A DNA stretch of 64,000 nt from a virus (lineage: Duplodnaviria; Caudoviricetes): IMG/VR virus record IMGVR_UViG_3300011116_001227; one strand, written 5' to 3'. Numbering within the stretch: the stretch's first letter is position 1; each line of letters starts with the position of its first letter. Below are positions 30,205 through 40,628 of the stretch, one piece after another. Made by a program: the position numbers and the translations under genes. Below the pieces are notes generated by a model, which was given only the letters and a program-made list of their open reading frames with translations, ran no database searches and had not been told where the DNA came from.

Positions 30205-33200
30205 TCACTGTTGGATGTTGTTTGTTACAACGAAGTCGAGAGAGACGAATTCGATGCTCTTTGTTGGCTGAACGAAGATCTTGCCGCGGAGTGTGTTGTT
30301 CTCGATATCGTCCTGTGTTGTTGTGGAGGAGTCGATGACAACCTTGAACCTCTCGAGGCCGCTGAGAGCCTGGATTCTCTGTAGTCGAGGTGTGACAGCT
30401 GAAGAGAAGCGAGCGAGGGTTGCTTCGCGGTTTGGCTCGAACAGAATTGACTGCGCGATGTCGCGAACTTGTCGTCTGATCTCGATGAGAAGTCTTCTCA
30501 CGTTGACTCTGTCTAGAGCAGATGCAGCAACTTGAAGCGTCTTCTGTCCCCAAACCACGAGACCGGAAGCGGGATTTGTTCCACTTCTTGGTGCACCTGG
30601 GAAGGCGACGAGAGGATTGATGCTGTTGTCGTAGAGGCTGTCAAGATCGTTCTGAGTCAATCTAACGCGGGCTTCAAGCGCATCTTGTGGAAGAGCACCT
30701 CTTGTGAAGCCTGCTGGTGCGAACCATGGATGTCCCACAGCGTCGTTCAGCGAGAGAGCGCCGAGGACGACGACCGAAGGTGGAACGAACAGGTTGACTC
30801 CCTTTGGATCTGTGTAGAGAACGTCAGGGAAGTAAGCAGCAGCGAAAGAGCTGTCAACAGATCGGTTCTTGAATGCTGTTAGAGAATTTGTGACAGAAGG
30901 AAGACCGTTCTCGTCTCTGATGTTGTCACTGTTCTCGTCTTGATGTTCAATATCCATGATGAAGAGAGCATCGAATCTCTCTTCTGTAGCTTGAACAGCA
31001 GTGTCAGTGACAAGAGGCTCTCTAATGCCTGGAATTGCGAGAAGTTGAATGTCGACGTTTGTTGTGTTCTTCATGATCTCGATTGCCTTGAGATAAGAAG
31101 AAACGCTTGAACCTTCATTTAATCCGCGTCCTGCACCTGCTGTCATGTCAGCAACAACTGCAAGGTTTGTAATCTCTGCCTCTTCAGCATCGAAGATATT
31201 GACGCCGTCGAATCCACCCTGCATGAATGTTGTGAACTTAGCAAACTTCTTGTTTGTAGAAAGATCGTCGATTTTGAATGGACGAGTCTTGGCAGCATCT
31301 GTTCCAAGATTTGCTGAAAGATATCCTCCAGCTGCAGGAGCTCCGCCTCTGACGTAGACTGCCTTTGCCCATTTGTCTGGATCTGCTGCTCCTGTAGAGC
31401 CTGTCACAACTTGAACGTTCTCAAGCGTGAACAAGTTGTTGCAGAATTCATCAGAATCAAGAACGCCAAGAGCTGCTGTCGCTGCCTGACCTGAATTGCT
31501 TCCTGTGACGAAGTGAGCTTCGCCGACGACGAAATCTGGGAAGTACTTCGCGAAAGACTCAATGCTCATATTTGGAAGAATTGATCCATTCTTCTTTAGA
31601 ATTGTCTCAGGGTGTTCGAACTGCACGCCCCAGTAGAATTCCTTCTCGACCTGTTCCTTCACTGACCACTCGTCACCAGTTGTGATCTTGTGTCTAAAGG
31701 GAAGAGGAGGCGTGATTGAGTTCTTGAGGAACGAAGCTGATGTGTTTGTAACCTGAGAAAGAATTCCTGCAACAGAAGCTGGTCCTAATGCAGCAAGTGG
31801 GCTAGAACCAGAAGTCACCAAGTGGTTGACGCCTCTGAAACCTACTGGAAGTGCTGTAGGATCAACGAATCCGTTCTCGATGTCTTGGTTCATCTCGACT
31901 CGAACGTAGTTAGATTTATTTGCGTAATTACCTTCTACGACGAGCTTCTGAGATGAGAGCTCTCTATCAAAGTCATAGTAAGCGTGAAGATCGCCAATCA
32001 CCTTTGCGATATAACGGTCAGACGATGGATCAAGAGTCACGCCTGCGAATCTTTCGTTTGGAATAACAGACTTAGCAAGATCTCTGTCAGAAAAAGTTCT
32101 AATTACAATGTCGAAAGTTCCGTACTTGTAGAGAGGATCGTTAGACTTGTTGATGTTCTCAATAGAGATCTTAACTTGAGAAGATGCTCCTGCTCCGTCG
32201 TCGAGAGCATGAAGCTTAAAGAGATTGACAGGGTTTCCACCAAATTTTTGAGAGATAAACCATGGTGTCACTGCATGACCGAAACGATCTCTAAAATTCT
32301 CGTAGTTAGGAACGTTTGCTCCGCCCACATTTCTCGAGAGAGAAGATGTCACTAAGAATGAAGCGGGTTCGTGTCCACCGAGAACAGCTGAACCAGATGC
32401 CGCATTAATAACGCCAGAACCTGTTACTGTTGCGAGTGTTGGATGAACATCCCAGTGTGCGTAGAGGTAGTGACCTGCATCTTGCATCTTGAGAGGATCA
32501 GTGTTAAAAACATCAGCAAAGTAGTTGTTAGAAGTGACGTCGAAAGAAGCTGTAAGAACATTTGGGTAAGATGCTTCAGTTCCTTTATGTCCATTTAGCA
32601 ATAGAACGAATTCTTGCTTTACAGTTCCATTCTGTGTTAGATAGGTGCTGCCTAATGTTGTGCCTAGAGCTGTTGCTTCAGCTGCAACCAACGTTGAAGA
32701 AGGAGCAGCTGAAGATAAAGAAGCACCTGGCATAGAAGAGGACATCTTTACTAAGACACCGCTTGGTGCCATTAAAACGCCTCTAACTAAAGGAATTGCT
32801 GCTGCTGACGATTGAATTCCTGCATCGCTTAGATAAGTTGATCCTGCAGATTCTGACATGAAGCATCCGAGGAAGTATGTTCTTCCTGGTACGCCGCTAG
32901 AATTTGCGTATGGATTTGAGCTTATTGTATCTGGATTTGGCTGTTGTTCACCAACAGTAAAACCTGCATTGTTTACGTCACCTGCTGCTAATCTCTTCTT
33001 GCCGTCACCGACGCCAAGAACTCTCAGGTAAGTCACAGCTTGAGCATTTCGAAGCCACTCACGAACTGCGAGTGGTCCAAACTTCTTTCCGTCAGTCTCA
33101 CCAAATTTAGCTGTCCAATCAGATAAGTTTCCTACTGTAACCGGCACGAATGCTGGTCCGTGTATTGCTGTACCAATTATTCCAGCCGGGACACCCACAG

Positions 33201-33276
33201 GTTGTTGTGTTGTTGGACCTGTGAGGTCAATTTCTCTAGCTGTTACGCCTGCGCTTCCGAACTTTAATTTTGCCAT
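30205..33276 (-). CDS. gp18: tail sheath protein (copy 1)
   Basis: SAGVTAREIDL, GTAIHGPAFVPV, FGETDGKKFGP, PWFAPAGFTRG, LQVAASALDRVNVRRLL, FEPN, PTKSIEFVSLDF. Confidence 0.92.
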   Translation of the reverse strand: MAKLKFGSAGVTAREIDLTGPTTQQPVGVPAGIIGTAIHGPAFVPVTVGNLSDWTAKFGETDGKKFGPLAVREWLRNAQAVTYLRVLGVGDGKKRLAAGDVNNAGFTVGEQQPNPDTISSNPYANSSGVPGRTYFLGCFMSESAGSTYLSDAGIQSSAAAIPLVRGVLMAPSGVLVKMSSSMPGASLSSAAPSSTLVAAEATALGTTLGSTYLTQNGTVKQEFVLLLNGHKGTEASYPNVLTASFDVTSNNYFADVFNTDPLKMQDAGHYLYAHWDVHPTLATVTGSGVINAASGSAVLGGHEPASFLVTSSLSRNVGGANVPNYENFRDRFGHAVTPWFISQKFGGNPVNLFKLHALDDGAGASSQVKISIENINKSNDPLYKYGTFDIVIRTFSDRDLAKSVIPNERFAGVTLDPSSDRYIAKVIGDLHAYYDFDRELSSQKLVVEGNYANKSNYVRVEMNQDIENGFVDPTALPVGFRGVNHLVTSGSSPLAALGPASVAGILSQVTNTSASFLKNSITPPLPFRHKITTGDEWSVKEQVEKEFYWGVQFEHPETILKKNGSILPNMSIESFAKYFPDFVVGEAHFVTGSNSGQAATAALGVLDSDEFCNNLFTLENVQVVTGSTGAADPDKWAKAVYVRGGAPAAGGYLSANLGTDAAKTRPFKIDDLSTNKKFAKFTTFMQGGFDGVNIFDAEEAEITNLAVVADMTAGAGRGLNEGSSVSSYLKAIEIMKNTTNVDIQLLAIPGIREPLVTDTAVQATEERFDALFIMDIEHQDENSDNIRDENGLPSVTNSLTAFKNRSVDSSFAAAYFPDVLYTDPKGVNLFVPPSVVVLGALSLNDAVGHPWFAPAGFTRGALPQDALEARVRLTQNDLDSLYDNSINPLVAFPGAPRSGTNPASGLVVWGQKTLQVAASALDRVNVRRLLIEIRRQVRDIAQSILFEPNREATLARFSSAVTPRLQRIQALSGLERFKVVIDSSTTTQDDIENNTLRGKIFVQPTKSIEFVSLDFVVTNNIQQ

Positions 33277-33300
33277 TTAAGCTCTCCAATTACTACTAAC

Positions 33301-33307
33301 TAACTAT
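33301..33307 (-). promoter_or_regulatory. putative late promoter motif ATANTTA (ATAGTTA)
   Basis: exact motif 24 nt upstream of the sheath copy 1 start. Confidence 0.5.
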
Positions 33308-33323
33308 CAGTTAAAGATCATTT

Positions 33324-36300
33324 TCAAACGAACTGAACTCCACTATTTGTCACAATAAAGTCAATTGCGATGAATTCAACAACTCGTGTTGGAACAACCA
33401 CGATTCTTCCATTGAGACGATTAAGATCTGCGTCATCTTGGGTGTTGTTTGTTTCGTTCATAATGACCTGGAATCCTTCTATTCCTGCTTGAACTTGAAT
33501 TAGTCCAAGTTGGAACGAAGCGTCAGCTACGAACTTATTTCTTACAGCGGGTGTGTTTTGTTCGAAGACGATCTTTTGTGCAATACCAATGATGATACGC
33601 TTGATCTCGAGCATAAGACGTCTAACGTTCACTCTATCAAGAGCTGACTTATTGATTTGAAGCGTCTTTTGTCCGTAGATCACGAATCCAAGTCTTGGGA
33701 ATGTTGCGATTGGATTAATTCTTGATTCGTACATACGATCGCGATCAGAGACGTTGAGTCTCACTGCAACATTCGTAACGAAGTCAAGAGCTGCTCTATT
33801 GAAACCAGCTGGTGCGAACCATGGATAAGAAACTCTATCGTTAAATCCTAACGCACCGAGAGCTGCCACAGAGGCAGGAACCTTCACTCTTCTGCTGTTT
33901 GTAGCGTCGTCGACGTACACATCAGGGAAGTAAGTTGCTGCGTAGTTGTTGTCGATGTTTCTTGCATCAAGCTCGTTGCAAACATAATTGATGTTTGGCT
34001 TGCCTGTTGAATCATCGTACAAACGATTACCGCTATCGTCGTAAGATGGAATATCCATGACGTGCATTGCAAGACCGTAATCTTTTACCTTGCTCATTGC
34101 ATTATCATTGATGTAAGGTTCTCTAATTCCAGGAATTGCGAGAATGTTATTATTAGCAACAAGAGGATCTGTCGCAATGTTGATTGCTGTGAGGTAAGAA
34201 GCAACCCCGCTGTTGTTTACATCTTGACCCGCTGGATTTGTAGCAAATCCTTGCACTGCATTATTTGTTGAAGCTCCGCCGCCAGAGTCGAACGATACAG
34301 ACTTATCATTCATTCTGCGTGAATTTCGATCAAGCATGTTTGTTCCATCGAATCCACCGTACATAAAGTTAGTAAACTTCATGAATGTTGAGAACTTATT
34401 GAAGTCAGATGCTGATCCTGATGCCAAAAGTGTCGCGAAGGACATTCTGTTCCTTCCATTTTCAGAATATGTGTACTTTGTATTGTCAAGTGCAGCATTT
34501 CTGATATAGGCAGCTTCCTTCATGTGAGCATTAATTGAGCTTGTTAAGTCTCCAATTGAATTATTAAACAACACAACGTTAGAAAGTGTGAACTTGTTGT
34601 TGTTTAAAAGATCTGCATTAGAACCAGTCACCAAAGCATCTAGCTTTTCAATTCCCATAAACTTGGTTAATGAACCAAGGAGGTTGTTCTTTTCTGTAAC
34701 AACGTTAGGATTGAGAAGAGATGTTCCTGTAGGATCAGAAGCGACGCTGTCTCTCTCGAACTTCACGCCCCAGTAAAGTGCTGGATTTGCGAGCTCAGAG
34801 TTACCTGGCTGACCAATGAATACTGGGCTTGATGCCATCTCGCCTCTTGTTACCTTGAATCTCATTGGCACAGGTGGCAAAAATGATGCTGAAAGACTGT
34901 TAAAGGAAGAATTTAATTGTCCGTCTAGTCTTGCCTTTGAAGATTGCAAAGCGTCAGAAGACTTAAGATTTGGATTGAGGTTGACAAGATGTGCTCCCTT
35001 AAATCCGAAGGGAAGAGAATTTTGTGGAACTTGCTTCTCTTCAACCATAGAATTCATAACAATTCTAACATATCGAGACTTATTGGCATACTTGCCTGTT
35101 GCAACAATTCTCTTCTCGCTTGAGATTGTTGAATCGAAGTTATAGAAGACCTTTCTGTCTCCGATTAGCTTCGCAACATAGTTTGGTGAATCTGGATCGA
35201 GCGTGCAGTTCGAGAACTGCTCAATGACTTGAACTGTTTGATCAGTATCGTCCCAATTTCTAACTTGAACTGTGAATGTTCCGTATCTATTGGCGTCATT
35301 TGTAGATGCCTTAAGATTTGAGATAGAAATCTTGTAGAGCTGATTTGCATACTCACCGTCATCAATCGCCTCAAAGTGGAAGAGATCGTATTCTGTCTTT
35401 CCGAAAGGCTGAGAGATGAAGGATGTTGTTTTTGGTGAAGTGAATCTTGTATTGTAAGATCCGTAAACCTCTCTAAATGTCTTAGAGGAATCTCCTGTAG
35501 CAGAAGAATTTGCTGAGCCTGAGAGAATACCAACACGACTTTGAGCGCTGCCGCTAGCGAAAGCAACAGCTGGATCGACTGCAAAGTCTGCGTGGAGGTA
35601 ATGTTGTTCTTGGTAGAATTTATCTGGGTCTCTGTTCAGGATCTTGCCAATATAGTCCTTATCAGTTGGATCAAACGATGCTGTGAGAACCTTAATTCCA
35701 CCTAATCCATCAGCAACTGAGAATGAAGAACCTAAAGTAGAAGAAATAATTAGCTTAAACTTTCCTGATCCAAGATCTGCGTCGTCATTAAGCGCAGAGC
35801 CGGGTGTGAAAGATGAAGCAACGATGGATCCATTCGCATCTGTGACCATGACCTTTGCTGTATTTGGAGTCATGAGAAGACCTCTCACGAGGTTAACGTA
35901 TGTTGATCCAGCGAAAGAATCGTTGTCTGAGAAGACGGGTGCTGCAGAACCTTCATATGTTCCAACTTCATGTCGTGCAACAAGAAACTGAACTGCACCA
36001 TTATGACGAGAATCTGCTGCAACAGTTCCAGCTAAAGCAAAACCTGCGTTATTAACAACACCGTATGCTGCTGTATTGCTAAGATGCGCATCAGTTGTAT
36101 TTGATCCTGCACCTAAAACTCTGATGTAAGACAAAGAAGATCTATTCTTTAAGAACTCATTTGCAGCGTATGGTCCAAACTTATCAGGATCTAATTTGCC
36201 AAAAACTTCAGCAAATTCATTAAAGTTAGCTACTGTAACAGGAACAAAGGCTGGACCTTTATTTGCTGTTCCAATGATTAAAGCAGGAACGCCGGTCGGG

Positions 36301-36374
36301 CCTGTCACTGCTGGGGCTGAAAGATCAATCTCTCGCTCATAAAAGTTGGGCGACTTAAAAGTCTGCTCTGACAT
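33324..36374 (-). CDS. gp18: tail sheath protein (copy 2)
   Basis: SPNFYEREIDL, GTANKGPAFVPV, PWFAPAGFNRA, LQINKSALDRVNVRRLM, FEQN, PTRVVEFIAIDF. Confidence 0.92.
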   Translation of the reverse strand: MSEQTFKSPNFYEREIDLSAPAVTGPTGVPALIIGTANKGPAFVPVTVANFNEFAEVFGKLDPDKFGPYAANEFLKNRSSLSYIRVLGAGSNTTDAHLSNTAAYGVVNNAGFALAGTVAADSRHNGAVQFLVARHEVGTYEGSAAPVFSDNDSFAGSTYVNLVRGLLMTPNTAKVMVTDANGSIVASSFTPGSALNDDADLGSGKFKLIISSTLGSSFSVADGLGGIKVLTASFDPTDKDYIGKILNRDPDKFYQEQHYLHADFAVDPAVAFASGSAQSRVGILSGSANSSATGDSSKTFREVYGSYNTRFTSPKTTSFISQPFGKTEYDLFHFEAIDDGEYANQLYKISISNLKASTNDANRYGTFTVQVRNWDDTDQTVQVIEQFSNCTLDPDSPNYVAKLIGDRKVFYNFDSTISSEKRIVATGKYANKSRYVRIVMNSMVEEKQVPQNSLPFGFKGAHLVNLNPNLKSSDALQSSKARLDGQLNSSFNSLSASFLPPVPMRFKVTRGEMASSPVFIGQPGNSELANPALYWGVKFERDSVASDPTGTSLLNPNVVTEKNNLLGSLTKFMGIEKLDALVTGSNADLLNNNKFTLSNVVLFNNSIGDLTSSINAHMKEAAYIRNAALDNTKYTYSENGRNRMSFATLLASGSASDFNKFSTFMKFTNFMYGGFDGTNMLDRNSRRMNDKSVSFDSGGGASTNNAVQGFATNPAGQDVNNSGVASYLTAINIATDPLVANNNILAIPGIREPYINDNAMSKVKDYGLAMHVMDIPSYDDSGNRLYDDSTGKPNINYVCNELDARNIDNNYAATYFPDVYVDDATNSRRVKVPASVAALGALGFNDRVSYPWFAPAGFNRAALDFVTNVAVRLNVSDRDRMYESRINPIATFPRLGFVIYGQKTLQINKSALDRVNVRRLMLEIKRIIIGIAQKIVFEQNTPAVRNKFVADASFQLGLIQVQAGIEGFQVIMNETNNTQDDADLNRLNGRIVVVPTRVVEFIAIDFIVTNSGVQFV

Positions 36375-36404
36375 TCTATTATCTCCTTAACAAATACCGA
36401 TCAG

Positions 36405-36411
36405 TAATTAT
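36405..36411 (-). promoter_or_regulatory. putative late promoter motif ATANTTA (ATAATTA)
   Basis: exact motif 30 nt upstream of the sheath copy 2 start. Confidence 0.5.
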
Positions 36412-36415
36412 TGTC

Positions 36416-37687
36416 TTAATTATCACTAATCAAAACAATTTCTAATCCGCCCAAACTATGGCCAGAATAAACTGTCTCTCCCTTCGAGGTTGTCGACACA
36501 GTTTTTATAAAATTATGTCCTCTGGGAACTGACAAAAGTGAAGGATCATTTGAATCTTCAGTTCCTGGCGAATAAGGATTGTGACTAGATATAACTGGAT
36601 AAATTTTTTGCTGTCGCCAACCCGGCGTTCGTTGATCGTCTAACACATTGCTTTGAAGATCAAGTGGTAATGTAGGATCGTCTGACCCTAAAAGATACTT
36701 GTTAGACGGAATTTCACTTGCAATGTCAATTGATCCGCTAGATAGATTCTTAAATGCTATAGTTGGTGACGAGACGTATCTCTTAATTGGAACTGGCATT
36801 CCTGGCGATTGAGTTGCAAAGAAATACGCTGGGACTGTTACAGTAAAATTATGCTTAATGAATCTTTCAGTTGTTGCCATGTCATCGAAGCTAGTCTCCA
36901 TGTTAAAAGACCCACCTTCTACAATTCCTACAAACCAGTAACCTTTCTTTGTATCAAGACGCCAAGACTGTCCTTGAGGTAAAAAAGATGTAATTAACTT
37001 TTCCAAGATCTGATTTGAATGTTGCATGTACTGCGTCCAAACAGTAACTTGGTATTTAATTGTATAGAATTGAGGAGTAGGAACGACAATCGTTTCAAAT
37101 ACGTTATTATTTAGACTGGGCTTCAGATACGCTCCATCTCGTATGTCTTTGTCAACTACGAGCTCGCCTAGTTTTCTTTCTACTACAATTTGATTACCAT
37201 GTCTTGTGTCATTTGGATTGACAGCAAGGTTAGATTGATTCTTTAAAAATAACTTATTAATTAAGGACTGATAATCACGGTCCGATTTATCAAGTCTTCT
37301 CTTAATAACAATCTCACCAACCTGCTGATTAATTCCACGCTTGGTGATATCTGCTGAAAGATCCTGAGTAACTTCTGTCCTCATGATCGTTATTAACGGA
37401 AGAATTAATGAGCCAGTCTTGTCTCGTATTGGGCGTCCTAACTTTAGCATTGCCCATTTTTCTCCTGCAGCAAATACAATTGGAACGCTGATTAAATCTG
37501 TTGAATCGATTCCACCGACTTGAGGAGAAATTTCTTTGTCGAACAACTCAAACATTGCAGTATCGACATCTTCGAGCCCACAAGAGTTGATATAATAATC
37601 TGGCAAGCCCGATGTTTTTTCGTAGCCTGACGGAAGCGGTTGAACGCCGTAGTTCTTCTTGCTTAAAGTCTTAAATCTAGTGGGCAT
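36416..37687 (-). CDS. putative tail terminator / sheath stabilizer (gp15-like)
   Basis: LEDVDTAMF, VPIVFAAGEKW, LILPLITIMR, PQFYTIKYQVTVWTQY; located between the neck and sheath genes. Confidence 0.55.
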   Translation of the reverse strand: MPTRFKTLSKKNYGVQPLPSGYEKTSGLPDYYINSCGLEDVDTAMFELFDKEISPQVGGIDSTDLISVPIVFAAGEKWAMLKLGRPIRDKTGSLILPLITIMRTEVTQDLSADITKRGINQQVGEIVIKRRLDKSDRDYQSLINKLFLKNQSNLAVNPNDTRHGNQIVVERKLGELVVDKDIRDGAYLKPSLNNNVFETIVVPTPQFYTIKYQVTVWTQYMQHSNQILEKLITSFLPQGQSWRLDTKKGYWFVGIVEGGSFNMETSFDDMATTERFIKHNFTVTVPAYFFATQSPGMPVPIKRYVSSPTIAFKNLSSGSIDIASEIPSNKYLLGSDDPTLPLDLQSNVLDDQRTPGWRQQKIYPVISSHNPYSPGTEDSNDPSLLSVPRGHNFIKTVSTTSKGETVYSGHSLGGLEIVLISDN

Positions 37688-37696
37688 AATTCTCTA

Positions 37697-38338
37697 TCAT
37701 TCGTCATAAAAAGACTTAATAATTTTTCTTGGTCCGTCGATCGGTGGATCAAGAGTTCCGTTCTCTCTAAGATCTCTCTTATCAGCGGTTGGATTGCCTT
37801 TAGAATCCAGCTCATTACCTCTTTGCTGTTCGAACTCTGTCTGAACAGCATCAGCATCTGTGTTTGCAATATCTGTAGGACCTTTAAGCGGTGCTTTAAA
37901 CAGACCGTCGCGAGATTTATTACCAATAATCTTGATGCCATTTTTATGTTCAGGTAGACCGAATATATTTTTAGAAACCATTGCTTCGGTCACTTCATAG
38001 AAAATTTCATCGAATGAGAAAAAGTCACCAATATTCACTCGAATTCCCTTGTCGACTAAATCTCTATATTGAATAAATGCTTCAATCATAAACTGCTTGT
38101 CAATACCGAACTTGTCTATCTTGGTTGACTGTTGGAAGTTTGCATCAACAATGCATTCTATTTCTATTGGATTGTCGTAGACTTTCTTCAATGCTTCGTT
38201 ATAAACATCGTGAGTTTTTGTCTTCAACTCTGAAATAGGGTAATAATAGATTTTTTGACCAATCACATCTTTTACTATCTCTTTCGTAATGTCTGAGATA
38301 AAATTTAACTCTCTCTCTGTGATAAACAAACGAGCCAT
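37697..38338 (-). CDS. neck / head completion protein (gp14-like)
   Basis: MARLFITERE...EIVKDVIGQKIYYY...VYNEA, IGDFFSFDEIFYEV; synteny with the neck genes. Confidence 0.65.
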   Translation of the reverse strand: MARLFITERELNFISDITKEIVKDVIGQKIYYYPISELKTKTHDVYNEALKKVYDNPIEIECIVDANFQQSTKIDKFGIDKQFMIEAFIQYRDLVDKGIRVNIGDFFSFDEIFYEVTEAMVSKNIFGLPEHKNGIKIIGNKSRDGLFKAPLKGPTDIANTDADAVQTEFEQQRGNELDSKGNPTADKRDLRENGTLDPPIDGPRKIIKSFYDE

Positions 38339-38350
38339 AAGTTATCTCCT

Positions 38351-39529
38351 TTATCCTATTACGATAGATTTTCCTGATGGCATAGGGATATACCTCAGAC
38401 TCTTGTTAAGATTTTCTGCTGTGAGAGCGTCAGTTTCTATCAGCTTGGCTCTCGTCAAGTTTGATAAAAATTCTTTTAACTGTGTAATTAGTTTGTCCTT
38501 GTCTTCTCTACCCTGCGTAACAAGTGATTCACCATTCAGCTGAAGATCAGCATTTGGAATAGGAATACTCTGAAATTTAGAGCGAATTAGACCTAATAAC
38601 TCTCTGCAAAGCGCAAGAGTATATTGACGAATCCACTGACGTCCAGGTTGTGTGATGCTTCTAAATGGAAGATTTCCATAAGGAATATTCTCTGGTCCTG
38701 AAATACCGTAGATAGAATCGTCTTTAAAGGCTGTAGGATTAAGTGGATCTTTTCTTGGCATTACTTTGCAATAAACTCTTCCCACTTGTGATTCAAGTAC
38801 TGGAATCGGGAATAGACGAAGTTTGCTTCCAATTAATTGATAACTGTATTGTGATCTTCTCACTCTGAATGCAGTTTCTAACATTCCTCTTCTTAAAACA
38901 TCTTCAAATACTGGAAGAACGTAGAACACTGTTGAGTTGATGTACGACTCATAGTTGAAGTTTGTCGCCAAGTAGTTTGTAATATTTGACGCGTTTAAAA
39001 GAAAGTGTTGTGCAGCAATTGGCTCAAAGTGAAACAATTCTACAATTTTTAACTTTCCTTTAGATCCGCTTGGAATAGTGTCGTAAATGTTTAAATTTGT
39101 TTGAGCGTCTTTTAAGTCAGCGTACAAATCGTAGTCTTGTTTGTCGCCTACGACGTCAAAATAGCCTAAAATAGGATTGTAGGAACCTCCTACGTTGGTC
39201 TCAGAAGCATACGCATCTGCCATTCTTGTTAAGAACTCCAACGTATTCCTTGTGTACTTATTTGTCAGATCTGTTGATCCTGTAGGCATTCCTAAAACGT
39301 TTGACAATTCAGACACAATTTTCATTTCATGAATATTTTTGCTATATTCACAGCATGCTTCTTCAAAACATGCCCATATCTCTTTCTTAGTCAATTCAAC
39401 GCTAAGAACATCGTCACCTAACTTTCTTTTTACAAAGTTGACCATGCTGTCAGCTTCAGACTGAAAGTCAGTATCTGAATCAAAAAAACCGAACGGTGTA
39501 GGATTCACAATGTCCGTAAAAGATGCCAT
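38351..39529 (-). CDS. neck / adaptor protein (gp13-like)
   Basis: TPFGFFDSD.DFQ, VKRKLGDDVLSVEL, WIRQYTLALCRELLG.IRSKF..IPIPNA..QLNG. Confidence 0.7.
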   Translation of the reverse strand: MASFTDIVNPTPFGFFDSDTDFQSEADSMVNFVKRKLGDDVLSVELTKKEIWACFEEACCEYSKNIHEMKIVSELSNVLGMPTGSTDLTNKYTRNTLEFLTRMADAYASETNVGGSYNPILGYFDVVGDKQDYDLYADLKDAQTNLNIYDTIPSGSKGKLKIVELFHFEPIAAQHFLLNASNITNYLATNFNYESYINSTVFYVLPVFEDVLRRGMLETAFRVRRSQYSYQLIGSKLRLFPIPVLESQVGRVYCKVMPRKDPLNPTAFKDDSIYGISGPENIPYGNLPFRSITQPGRQWIRQYTLALCRELLGLIRSKFQSIPIPNADLQLNGESLVTQGREDKDKLITQLKEFLSNLTRAKLIETDALTAENLNKSLRYIPMPSGKSIVIG

Positions 39530-39556
39530 CTAAAACTCCGAGTACAATCGTACAGA

Positions 39557-39563
39557 TAAATAT
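39557..39563 (-). promoter_or_regulatory. putative late promoter motif ATANTTA (ATATTTA)
   Basis: exact motif 27 nt upstream of the neck gene start. Confidence 0.5.
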
Positions 39564-39611
39564 CATTAGGAAAAACTAATCATTAACAAACTCAACAAAA
39601 CAGGTGATATT

Positions 39612-40400
39612 GTGAAAATAATAAAATTTGGTTCATCAGGAGAAGACGTTTCTACGTGGCAAATTTTTTTAAGAGGACTAAAAGAAGACAGCCATGTAAT
39701 TGTCAATGGCTTCTTTGACAATCAGACGAACGCAGAAACAAAAGAATTTCAAGCAAAATCAAATCTAAAAAACGACGGAATAGTCGGTCCTTCGACATTG
39801 GCCGTAGCTTTAAATTTAGGTTTTTGCTTGATGTCAGATGATTCAATTGACGAGAATAGTTCTAATTGGCCCGTTCTGCCTTCACCAAATCAATTTTTAA
39901 GCCCGCAAGCAAGAATTAAATTATTTGGAGCTTTTACTTACGAATCTGCACCTGTTTCGTCAAATCCAGAAGCCATAATCATAAAGGGAGATTGGGTTGC
40001 AAAAAATATAAAGAGTGTAGCAATTCCTCAACTCAAAGGATTAGCTGGCGCTCCTGCAAATTTGGCTGTTCAAATAAATGAAAAGATTGCTGATCAGACA
40101 ATCAAACTATTCACAGCTTGGGAATCAGCAAATCTAAAAGATAAAATTAAAACGTGGGGCGGATCTTGGGTACCTAGATTTATTAGAGGATCTAGATCAA
40201 CATTATCAAATCATGCATGGGGAACGGCATTTGATATAAATGCACAATGGAACATGCTTGGATCTACTCCAGCATTAAAGGGACAGCTAGGGTCGACTAG
40301 AGAACTAGTTCAAATAGCTTACGAACACGGTTTCTATTGGGGAGGCTGGTTTCCTGGTCGACCTGATGGAATGCACTTTGAAGCTTACAAAATTCTATAG
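39612..40400 (+). CDS. endolysin: peptidoglycan-binding domain + M15-family peptidase
   Basis: GSSGEDVSTWQIFL...FQ...DGIVGPSTL (PG-binding), then R..RG...SNHAWGTAFDIN and DGMHFE (M15 Zn ligands). Confidence 0.85.
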   Translation: MKIIKFGSSGEDVSTWQIFLRGLKEDSHVIVNGFFDNQTNAETKEFQAKSNLKNDGIVGPSTLAVALNLGFCLMSDDSIDENSSNWPVLPSPNQFLSPQARIKLFGAFTYESAPVSSNPEAIIIKGDWVAKNIKSVAIPQLKGLAGAPANLAVQINEKIADQTIKLFTAWESANLKDKIKTWGGSWVPRFIRGSRSTLSNHAWGTAFDINAQWNMLGSTPALKGQLGSTRELVQIAYEHGFYWGGWFPGRPDGMHFEAYKIL

Positions 40401-40628
40401 TCACATACCAGAAATTAAAGCTTGCACAGCAGTCTTAACTCTTTCTTGCAATTCTTTAGGAAGTGCTGCAAGAAGAACATAATTTTCAACTTTTTGAGAA
40501 GATGCTGGTACACCTCCAGCAACATACTCTTGATTAACTGTAACTACAGTTCTAAGAACTAGAGGAGGAAGGCCTGGTCTGTTTGCGTAAATTGGTTGAT
40601 AAAGATCAGCGTTGTTATTCATGTTCAT
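40401..40628 (-). CDS. hypothetical protein
   Basis: 75-aa ORF, stop abuts the endolysin stop. Confidence 0.55.
   Translation of the reverse strand: MNMNNNADLYQPIYANRPGLPPLVLRTVVTVNQEYVAGGVPASSQKVENYVLLAALPKELQERVKTAVQALISGM

Noticed and set aside
12723-39529. Extracellular contractile injection system or bacterial chromosome instead of a phage
   Set aside because: Capsid, scaffold, protease, portal, terminase and a phage replication module are all present.
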